Shown: positions 1 to 7,224 of the stretch, piece after piece
Layout: the number at the start of each line of letters is the position of its first letter
Numbering within the stretch: position 1 is the first letter of the stretch
Source of the DNA: Candidatus Pacearchaeota archaeon
Lineage (GTDB): Archaea > Nanobdellota > Nanobdellia > Pacearchaeales > GW2011-AR1
Assembly (NCBI GenBank): GCA_014728565.1
Contig: WJLK01000005.1
Location: forward strand, 1 to 33,878
Direction: 5' to 3'
DNA length: 33,878 bases
Position numbers and translations under genes: made by a program
Notes under the pieces: model-generated
Database searches by the model: none
Told to the model about the DNA's origin: nothing
The model's input: only the letters and a program-made list of their open reading frames with translations

Positions 1-134
1 CTCAATATACTGCTAAGGAAACCTCTGCTAAGGAAACCTCTGCTAAGGAAACCTCTGCTAAGGAAACCTCTGCTAAGGAAACCTCCTCTGAGCAGAAAAC
101 AAAACAGAAAAAAGATAAAGTTTCTGGATTTTAA
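1..134 (+). CDS. 3' end of a CDS truncated by the window edge; C-terminal (AKETS)x5 pentapeptide repeat and Lys-rich tail
   Basis: Frame 3 is open from the window edge to TAA at 132-134 and reads QYT(AKETS)5SEQKTKQKKDKVSGF*. It is absent from the ORF track because it has no start in the window. Confidence 0.4.
   Translation, partial: QYTAKETSAKETSAKETSAKETSAKETSSEQKTKQKKDKVSGF
11..85. repeat. Perfect 15-bp tandem repeat tgctaaggaaacctc x5
   Basis: Five identical head-to-tail copies at 11-25, 26-40, 41-55, 56-70 and 71-85. The array may continue upstream of the window. Confidence 0.95.
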
Positions 135-168
135 TTAATTTTATAATACCTGAATTCCTTGTTTTCTC

Positions 169-969
169 ATGGTTAAAAAGAAAAAAAATAAAAAAAGATT
201 CTTATTAAAATCTCTTTTTTTTATAATTAAAATACCTTATTATGGATTTAAAGGAATCTCTTTTTTAGTAAAAAAATCAGATAAAGTAATTAAAAAAAAG
301 AGAGTAATGAAAAAAAGATCAAAGCTTATTCCTGTTTATGAGGATATTAAGTTAATTCAGTCAATAGAAGGAAATTATAAAAAATGGGAAAATTCTCTTA
401 TTGATTCAGATAGCAAGATAGGTGTTATATTAGGAGCAAGAGGTTCTGGAAAAACAGCATTTGGAATAAAATTCTTAGAAAATCTTCATGCAAAAACAGG
501 CAAGGATTGTTATGCAATAGGATTTAAAGAAGAAGAGATGCCTTCCTGGATAAAAATAGCATCAGATATCTCTCAGCTAACAAATGATTCTTTTGTTTTA
601 GTTGATGAAGGAGGTATATTATTCAGCTCCAGGAATTCTATGAGTAGTGCTAATAAGTTTCTTAGTGAGCTTATTCTGGTTGCAAGGCATAAAAATTTGA
701 ATATATTTTTTATCTCTCAGAATTCATCAAATTTAGATGTAAATATACTTAGGCAGAGTGATTTTCTAATTCTCAAACCCTCCTCTCTTTTACAAAAAAA
801 TTTTGAGAGGAAAATAATACAGAAAATTTATGAAGAGGAAAGTGATTTTTTTGAAAAATTCAAGGAAAACAAAGGTTTAGCTTATATTTATGGTGATAGT
901 TTCAAAGGATTTATCAGTAATCCTCTTCCGAGTTTTTGGACAAGTGGTATAAGTAAGAGTTTTAGATAG
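169..969 (+). CDS. P-loop NTPase, tentatively Zot / filamentous-phage pI-like morphogenesis ATPase family
   Basis: Walker A GARGSGKT and Walker B FVLVDEGG, followed about 20 aa later by LILVARHKNLNIFFISQN. This hhhhDExG ... AR[KH]xxxxIxFxxQ layout is what I recall for Pfam Zot. The N-terminus is Lys-rich low complexity, so the true start may be the internal ATG at 307 (MKKRSKL). Confidence 0.55.
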   Translation: MVKKKKNKKRFLLKSLFFIIKIPYYGFKGISFLVKKSDKVIKKKRVMKKRSKLIPVYEDIKLIQSIEGNYKKWENSLIDSDSKIGVILGARGSGKTAFGIKFLENLHAKTGKDCYAIGFKEEEMPSWIKIASDISQLTNDSFVLVDEGGILFSSRNSMSSANKFLSELILVARHKNLNIFFISQNSSNLDVNILRQSDFLILKPSSLLQKNFERKIIQKIYEEESDFFEKFKENKGLAYIYGDSFKGFISNPLPSFWTSGISKSFR

Positions 970-985
970 TTTTTATATGTCTTTC

Positions 986-2161
986 TTATTTATATGAATG
1001 GCTTGCTGTTAATGCCTCTCTGAGTATATTTGCTTTATCAGTTTTCTCCCATGTGAAGTCAGGATCATTTCTCCCAAAATGCCCATATGCAGCTGTTTTT
1101 TTGTAAATAGGTCTTTTTAAATTCAGACTTTCTATGACTCCTCGAGGTGTCAGATTGAAGTTTTTATAAACTAGTTCAGATATTTTTTCTTCAGGAATCT
1201 TATTAGTTCCAAAACAATCTACTCTGATGCTTGTAGGTTTTGAAACTCCAATAGCATAGCTTAAGGCAACCTCACATTTATCAGCAAGACCTGCTGCAAC
1301 AATATTCTTAGCTACATATCTTGCCATATAAGCAGCACTTCTGTCTACCTTACTAGAATCTTTGCCTGAGAATGCTCCTCCTCCATGTCTGCCAATACCA
1401 CCATAAGTATCTACAATAATCTTCCTGCCAGTTAATCCAGCATCTCCTTCTGGACCTCCTATTACAAACCTTCCAGTAGGATTGATATGAATTTTTGTTT
1501 GCTCATTCATATATTCTTTGCAAATAGGAGATACTACCTTCTCAAGAATCTCTCTTTTAATAGTTTCTTCAGAGATGTCCTCTATATGCTGCTGAGCAAT
1601 TACTACTGCTGTCAACCTGTGAGGTTTTCCATTTTCATACTCCACACTAACCTGAGATTTTCCATCAGGACCCAAACCTCTTATTATGTTTGTTTTTCTT
1701 ACAACAGATAATCTTTTTGTCAGTTTATGAGCAAGCATAATAGGAAGAGGCATTAGTTCTTCTGTCTCATTACATGCATAACCATACATCATTCCCTGGT
1801 CTCCAGCACCCTGTTCCTTATCCTCTCCCATACCCTCTGTAATTCCCTGAGAGATATCTGGACTTTGTTCTTTAATACCTGTCCATACACCTGCATCTTT
1901 ATAACTTATTCCAAATCTAACATCTGTATAACCTATTTCTTTCAGACAATTTCTTGTTATCTTTATTGCATCTAAGAATCCTCTGGTTTTTATCTCTCCA
2001 GTTATAAAAACACTGCCTGTTGTTATCATGCATTCAACACCTGCTCTTGAATCAGGGTCTTGGGCTATAAGGTTATCTAAAATAGCATCACAAATCTGAT
2101 CGCATATTTTATCTGGATGACCCTCAGTTACACTTTCAGAGGTTATCACATACTTTTTCAT
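986..2161 (-). CDS. metK: S-adenosylmethionine synthetase, bacterial/eukaryal type
   Basis: 391 aa with [55 protein letters not shown] and [19 protein letters not shown], the canonical MetK signatures. ATG start at 2161. Confidence 0.95.
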   Translation of the reverse strand: MKKYVITSESVTEGHPDKICDQICDAILDNLIAQDPDSRAGVECMITTGSVFITGEIKTRGFLDAIKITRNCLKEIGYTDVRFGISYKDAGVWTGIKEQSPDISQGITEGMGEDKEQGAGDQGMMYGYACNETEELMPLPIMLAHKLTKRLSVVRKTNIIRGLGPDGKSQVSVEYENGKPHRLTAVVIAQQHIEDISEETIKREILEKVVSPICKEYMNEQTKIHINPTGRFVIGGPEGDAGLTGRKIIVDTYGGIGRHGGGAFSGKDSSKVDRSAAYMARYVAKNIVAAGLADKCEVALSYAIGVSKPTSIRVDCFGTNKIPEEKISELVYKNFNLTPRGVIESLNLKRPIYKKTAAYGHFGRNDPDFTWEKTDKANILREALTASHSYK

Positions 2162-2223
2162 TTTAGATTCAATATTTAAGAGAAAAATTTATTTTTAAAT
2201 TAAATTATCATTTATAATATATT

Positions 2224-2781
2224 TTAACTACCTTTACATACTTCTAGATTAACACTCAATCTTCCTGAACTAAATCCACTAACATGTATAAGATGATTTC
2301 CTCCAGGTTTTGAAACACAACCCTCAAACTTTCCATCTCCAAAATTAATCATTTCCTCATCTGGTTCAAGATCATTTAAAGAATCATAATATATCCTCAG
2401 ATTATAAGCTCTGTAAGGAGATTCTGGACTAACTCTCAGTGATTCACCAAGAACTTCCATGAGATTTTCCTCAAGAGCACTGCATACACTCCTGCCGTCA
2501 ATACAGTTCTGATTAGGGCTTTTGTAACAAGTTCTGATTAAATCCTGAATTTCTCTGTACTGGGGAACAAAATTTATAGCACAATCTGATGTATAATACA
2601 TAGTTGCTTCTAGAAGATTAGATATCTCAATACTTGTCCCTTTAGAAGGACCTTTTGTAACATACAAAGATAGAAAAATAACTCCAATTATTGCTACAAT
2701 AGCAACTATAATTACAAATCCTGCTATTTCATGTTGGGCATATTTTGATTTAACAAATTTTTTATTTTTATTTTTTCTCAT
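2224..2781 (-). CDS. N-terminally anchored / prepilin-like secreted protein (185 aa), last gene of the island
   Basis: Basic N-terminus ...KSKYAQ followed by the hydrophobic helix HEIAGFVIIVAIVAIIGVIFLSLYV; several Cys in the ectodomain. 1-nt gap to the upstream gene. The cleavage motif is less canonical than in its neighbours. Confidence 0.45.
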   Translation of the reverse strand: MRKNKNKKFVKSKYAQHEIAGFVIIVAIVAIIGVIFLSLYVTKGPSKGTSIEISNLLEATMYYTSDCAINFVPQYREIQDLIRTCYKSPNQNCIDGRSVCSALEENLMEVLGESLRVSPESPYRAYNLRIYYDSLNDLEPDEEMINFGDGKFEGCVSKPGGNHLIHVSGFSSGRLSVNLEVCKGS

Positions 2782-2782
2782 A

Positions 2783-3823
2783 CTACTCTCCTCTATCTAG
2801 TTTAGTTCCTGCAACCAGCATTGCAACCTCACATTTGTCATAAGTGTATCCATTTTCATACATTTTTCTGCAAAGAGCAACATAACTTGATACCTTTCTT
2901 TCATTCTCAACATCTTTATCATAAATATCAAAAACATCGCAATTAAGATCACATTTTTCAGGAACAAGAACCTCTTCATAACACTCTTCTTCTTGTACAG
3001 GAGTACATTCCTCTACAGTTGATTCTATTCTTATCTCATAATCACATCCACCTATATTATCCCTTATTCTATCATCTTCAAAAAATACTATAAACTCAGT
3101 TGCACCAGCAGGAACATTTACAGTTTTAAGCTGATGTAGAAAATATTTTTTTCCAACTGGCTGATTTTTATTGTAAAATCTTCCCTGAGGGCCACTCATA
3201 GCACCTTTTACATAAGTTGTACTAGAGCAATCAAGTATATCTCTCATATGCTGAGGATCAATGAATTGTCCGCTTATTTTTGTTAGAGTGAATTTATCTC
3301 CAGGTGAAAAATCCCTTGGAGATTTAGCAGCAATTACATGGTCACTTTCTGGTTTTTTTGAAGCTATGTAACCTTTAACCCATTTAGTATCTGTACAAGG
3401 ATTATATTCAATAGGACAGGGCACAGGTGTTTTAATTGATTTCACAAGAGAGCCTCCTTTGCAGGCATTGTAGTCAGCATAAGTGCATTTAATCATCTCT
3501 TCTTCAGTTTTTCCAAAACCACTTGGTCTCACAACTTTTAAACTACTAAAAGGCCAGAAATATTCATAATTATCCTTATCTAGTAAAACTATTAGTTTGT
3601 CAGCATCAATGCAGTTTGATTTTGAGGCAACACAACTGAATTCAGGAGAGTCTGCTAAATTAACTAGAGCTGAAAGAGTTCTCTCTTCAGCTATTTTCAT
3701 TGCCTCCTCTCTTAGATTACCCATGAAAACTGCTACTACAAATAAACCTACTAAAACAAAGAAAAACATAAGAGCAACTATCATAAATGCCATTTCCTGT
3801 ATTTTTATCTGAGCTTTTTTCAT
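2783..3823 (-). CDS. Prepilin-like (class III signal peptide) Cys-rich secreted protein, 346 aa
   Basis: MKKAQIKIQEMAFMIVALMFFFVLVGLFVVAVFM N-terminus and a Cys-rich globular part. ATG at 3823. Confidence 0.5.
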   Translation of the reverse strand: MKKAQIKIQEMAFMIVALMFFFVLVGLFVVAVFMGNLREEAMKIAEERTLSALVNLADSPEFSCVASKSNCIDADKLIVLLDKDNYEYFWPFSSLKVVRPSGFGKTEEEMIKCTYADYNACKGGSLVKSIKTPVPCPIEYNPCTDTKWVKGYIASKKPESDHVIAAKSPRDFSPGDKFTLTKISGQFIDPQHMRDILDCSSTTYVKGAMSGPQGRFYNKNQPVGKKYFLHQLKTVNVPAGATEFIVFFEDDRIRDNIGGCDYEIRIESTVEECTPVQEEECYEEVLVPEKCDLNCDVFDIYDKDVENERKVSSYVALCRKMYENGYTYDKCEVAMLVAGTKLDRGE

Positions 3824-3837
3824 TTTGATATTTTTAT

Positions 3838-3860
3838 TTTTTGATGTTTTTGAAATCTTT
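3838..3860. repeat. Copy 1 of a perfect 23-bp direct repeat tttttgatgtttttgaaatcttt
   Basis: Identical to 3945-3967. Lies 14 nt upstream of the ATG of the 346-aa gene on the minus strand. Confidence 0.9.
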
Positions 3861-3895
3861 CACCCCCCTTTTGAGTCTTGGTTTGCTTAAAGATT

Positions 3896-3926
3896 CAGAA
3901 AATTCTTCATTCTTCTGAATTTTCTG
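3896..3926 (-). other. Stem-loop with a 10-bp perfect stem in the intergenic gap
   Basis: cagaaaattc (3896-3905) pairs with gaattttctg (3917-3926) around an 11-nt loop. A second 8-bp hairpin, caaaaatc-tttt-gatttttg, sits at 3931-3950. No clear oligo-T tract follows on the transcribed strand, so I do not call it a terminator. Confidence 0.5.
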
Positions 3927-3944
3927 GGCACAAAAATCTTTTGA

Positions 3945-3967
3945 TTTTTGATGTTTTTGAAATCTTT
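3945..3967. repeat. Copy 2 of the perfect 23-bp direct repeat
   Basis: Identical to 3838-3860. Ends 1 nt downstream of the stop codon of the 306-aa gene (3969-3971). Confidence 0.9.
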
Positions 3968-3968
3968 A

Positions 3969-4889
3969 CTAGTATAGTTGACATCCTGTAACTGCAGCCT
4001 CGTTTATTGAATCTATATCTTCGATTTCATCCAGTAGATAGATAAGATCTCTTGAACTTTCAATATCTCCTATTGTTCTGGATAGTTTAGGTCCTATTTT
4101 TGATTCACAGTTCACTCTTTTGAGTATATCAATTTTTTCAATGTAGATCTTAGCTAGTTCATTATGCCTGCTTTTTAATCTTCTAACATTGCATTCGTAT
4201 ATCTCTGGAGATGAAAAGATAGCAGCATATAAAAGGTCTCCTATGAAATATAAAGTTTCACTATTTTTTTTAACATAACTTCCAGTCAGGGAAATATCAA
4301 TATCACAATTTCCTGATTTAAAACAAACACTTATGCCATCACAATCTTCTGATGAGTTTACAAAATGCACATTGTTTATATTTAATCTTTGAAGCTCATC
4401 CTGGATTATGTCAGGAGAGTCATAGAAACAGTAATCACCAGCAGTTACAATTACCAAATCAGAAACCTTGAAAGGCATAAAAAAAGGCACTGAAAAAATA
4501 TAATAATTATTTCCCTGAACCTCATTTTCAGCAAAAACATATTTATCTACAACAGTTATTCTGTAGCCTTCTTCAGCTTCCTCTCTTCCAAGAGTCTCCT
4601 GGGAAAAGGAGATGTAATTTTTACCAAACGGAGGGTTTAAAACAGAATCACACTGATAATAGGTCTTAACTTTGTTTCTAAATCCAATCTCCATTGATTT
4701 TCCAGAAGCTAATCCAGTTTCTAGAGGATCAAAAAGAGATATAAATCTAGCTGCACTTTCTGTAAAAACAGTTTTTTCACCAGTTCCTATAATCTTGCTT
4801 GCAGTAAAAATTGCAAAAAACAGAATTATTCCTCCTACAATAATTGCAAAAATCCAGTTAAAACTCATACCAATTGCTTTTTTTCTCAT
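3969..4889 (-). CDS. Prepilin-like / N-terminally anchored secreted protein, 306 aa
   Basis: MRKKAIGMSFNWIFAIIVGGIILFFAIF N-terminus. 4-nt ATGA-type overlap with the upstream gene. Confidence 0.45.
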   Translation of the reverse strand: MRKKAIGMSFNWIFAIIVGGIILFFAIFTASKIIGTGEKTVFTESAARFISLFDPLETGLASGKSMEIGFRNKVKTYYQCDSVLNPPFGKNYISFSQETLGREEAEEGYRITVVDKYVFAENEVQGNNYYIFSVPFFMPFKVSDLVIVTAGDYCFYDSPDIIQDELQRLNINNVHFVNSSEDCDGISVCFKSGNCDIDISLTGSYVKKNSETLYFIGDLLYAAIFSSPEIYECNVRRLKSRHNELAKIYIEKIDILKRVNCESKIGPKLSRTIGDIESSRDLIYLLDEIEDIDSINEAAVTGCQLY

Positions 4890-5641
4890 CTTGTCAAAGT
4901 TTGATTGTATTTATTTACAAAATTGAATATAAATCTTTCCTGAAGTGAAGAGTTGTTATCAATAAAAGTAAATAGTGTAGCATTCTCATTTATGTTGTAC
5001 ACATTGACTCTAAAATAATCTCCTCTTGTTATTGCATTTAAACAAACATTGCATGTATCATTACCATGTTTTACCTGGTCAAATGTAAAGATTCTTATAG
5101 CATTGTATATTTTTCCTAACCTTACTGGAACATCAGTCTTGAAATCCCTTAAGAAATAAGTTTTTTCACCCTCCTTGGTGATACTAACAGGATACTCAAT
5201 ATCAAAAATAACTGATTCATCTTTAATTAAAACATTACTGTATACTTTTCCTCTATCTATATCAAGGTCAGAAAAATCACTGAAATCAACACAATCTGGA
5301 AGTCTCTCGTTCATGTATAAGCTGAGTTCATGCTCAATTTCTTCTTTATCAGGAATGTAATTTTTTCCATCATAAAAATAATAAGGGAATCTTCCCTCAA
5401 ATGAAGGTTCTGGAATTTCCTCATAATAACCTCCTTTTTTTCCAACATGCAGAACAGCCCTCTCTGCTATTTCTGAAACACAATCTTCAATTATTAAATG
5501 AATAGGTTCTATTTCATTACCTATTTTTTTTAAATTAAAATTAAAAATATGGGATTCAAGAAAAATAAAACCAGAAACAAGTACTATTAAAATTATCCCA
5601 AATATAACAAATGCTGTCACCTGGCTTTTTTTTAGGTTCAT
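4886..5641 (-). CDS. Prepilin-like protein, family P2 (paralog of 9342-10082), 251 aa
   Basis: The N-terminus is KKSQVTAFVIFGIILIVLV. It shares EPS...FPYYFY..KNY.P.KE.I, D.EYP.S.TK, F.TDVP.RLG and F.F.NKY with the 246-aa protein. Confidence 0.6.
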   Translation of the reverse strand: MNLKKSQVTAFVIFGIILIVLVSGFIFLESHIFNFNLKKIGNEIEPIHLIIEDCVSEIAERAVLHVGKKGGYYEEIPEPSFEGRFPYYFYDGKNYIPDKEEIEHELSLYMNERLPDCVDFSDFSDLDIDRGKVYSNVLIKDESVIFDIEYPVSITKEGEKTYFLRDFKTDVPVRLGKIYNAIRIFTFDQVKHGNDTCNVCLNAITRGDYFRVNVYNINENATLFTFIDNNSSLQERFIFNFVNKYNQTLTR

Positions 5642-5654
5642 TTTAAACCTTTTA

Positions 5655-6191
5655 TTAGGAAATTTCCTGATTTTTTGGTTCTCTTATTTTAACAAGACCT
5701 TCATTGAATAGTTTTATAATTCTCATTCTAACAACACCATCCTCGACAGGAACACAAAAAGGATTTGAAGATCTAGTTATAAACTCAATATCCAGGTGTT
5801 TTATCTCATACATCTCCATATTACATGCAGACCCTATTGGATAAAGAAAAAGATTAGACTCCATTCCTTCATAAACACTTAAATCCAGACCAATATTTTC
5901 ATAATCTCCTCTGAGACTTTTTGACAGATTTGCAAAACAGACAAACTCTACATTTGTTGGAAGAGTGCTTTTAAATTCATAATCATCACTCTGACTGTTC
6001 CAGGCTCTATCAATTGTCTCCTTAAAATCATCAGAAAAAAGACCTACTTTTGCACAATCTCTGGTTTTTAAAAAAGATCTCACTACCATAAAAGCTATAA
6101 CTAAAAAAAATATTATGAGTATTATTGAGAATATTGTTGAAAAAGATATACCAATACTACTGCCCTGTGCTTTTTTACCTCTTTTTATCAT
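5655..6191 (-). CDS. Prepilin-like protein, 178 aa
   Basis: MIKRGKKAQGSSIGISFSTIFSIILIIFFLVIAFMVV N-terminus. Confidence 0.5.
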   Translation of the reverse strand: MIKRGKKAQGSSIGISFSTIFSIILIIFFLVIAFMVVRSFLKTRDCAKVGLFSDDFKETIDRAWNSQSDDYEFKSTLPTNVEFVCFANLSKSLRGDYENIGLDLSVYEGMESNLFLYPIGSACNMEMYEIKHLDIEFITRSSNPFCVPVEDGVVRMRIIKLFNEGLVKIREPKNQEIS

Positions 6192-6237
6192 CTCATAACT
6201 AAAAAAACTTTATTAATAAATCTTATTGAACAAGAAT

Positions 6238-7146
6238 TTATTGAAGTGTGATAATCGGAGAATGTTTTTCAACAATTCTATAACCCTCTCTGATTATATC
6301 ATAATCAACCTTCCCCTGGCTAGTCTGAATGACTCTTCCTTTATGATCTCCAAACTTCATCCTAATATCAGGAGGTATTTTACCTTCATATCCTGCATCT
6401 TCTGGAATTTCTCCTATTTGAAATTCTAATCTTCCTGTTCTAGAATCTAAACCATAGTTAACAAACTGATCTCCAAGAACAGCAAAAAAAGGACCCTGAG
6501 TTTCAATTATAGCACCCTGGTCATATAATCTAAAAGGCTTAGGATTAGGTTTCCTTACATTAATTTTTCCAGGAGGTGAATTTTCTGCACCTGCTATAAT
6601 TGCAAGTGATTCTCCTCTCTGAATATCAACATATCTATTGCCTCTTAAAAATTCTACACTTCCTGTTTCTTTTCCTGCTGGAGCAGAAATTTCTACTCCT
6701 TGCTCTCCTAAAAAAACATAAGGTTCTGGAAAATCTCTTGGAGGAGTGTTAAAACTAACATAGGTTCTACCCTCTTTAGGGCCATTTATCTCAAGTTCTC
6801 TTATAAGAAGTTTCTGACCTGGAGAAAGGTAAGGTTGTTCATATTTTGGATCAACAGGCAATATCTCTCCATGAGGAAATCTAACATGTCTTGTTTCTTC
6901 TGCTTGCTCCTCTCTAATAGTTCTTATAGCCTCTCTTCTTGCTCCTCTTCCAGGAGGACCAGCCATGTCATCAGGACCTGAACCATCAACAGCAACAGGG
7001 ACTTTTCTTCCATTTACCCAGACATAAAAGACATCAGCTCTTGCTGAATTTTCATTTCCCAATACATCTCCTAATAAAATCCCAGCTAAACCTGCTGCAC
7101 TGGCTTTTAAAAAATTTCTTCTTGGAATTTTTTGTTTAGATTTCAT
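6238..7146 (-). CDS. Secreted protein with a twin-arginine (Tat) signal peptide; function unknown
   Basis: MKSKQKIPRRNFLKASAAGLAGILLG...ARA is a textbook S/T-R-R-x-F-L-K plus h-region plus AxA signal. I place the start at the ATG at 7146, not the track start at 7191. The protein has no Cys and is Gly/Pro/Arg/Glu-rich, unlike its neighbours. Confidence 0.6.
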   Translation of the reverse strand: MKSKQKIPRRNFLKASAAGLAGILLGDVLGNENSARADVFYVWVNGRKVPVAVDGSGPDDMAGPPGRGARREAIRTIREEQAEETRHVRFPHGEILPVDPKYEQPYLSPGQKLLIRELEINGPKEGRTYVSFNTPPRDFPEPYVFLGEQGVEISAPAGKETGSVEFLRGNRYVDIQRGESLAIIAGAENSPPGKINVRKPNPKPFRLYDQGAIIETQGPFFAVLGDQFVNYGLDSRTGRLEFQIGEIPEDAGYEGKIPPDIRMKFGDHKGRVIQTSQGKVDYDIIREGYRIVEKHSPIITLQ

Positions 7147-7224
7147 GTATTTTATAGGAAAAACAAGTTTATAAATCTTTTTATTTTTCATTACTACATA
7201 ATAGTAATATTTTTAAGATATAAA

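Noticed and set aside
11-85. Possible CRISPR array, since it is a short perfect repeat at the window edge
   Set aside because: The units are contiguous with no spacers and only 15 bp long, and they read in frame as a peptide repeat ending at a stop codon.
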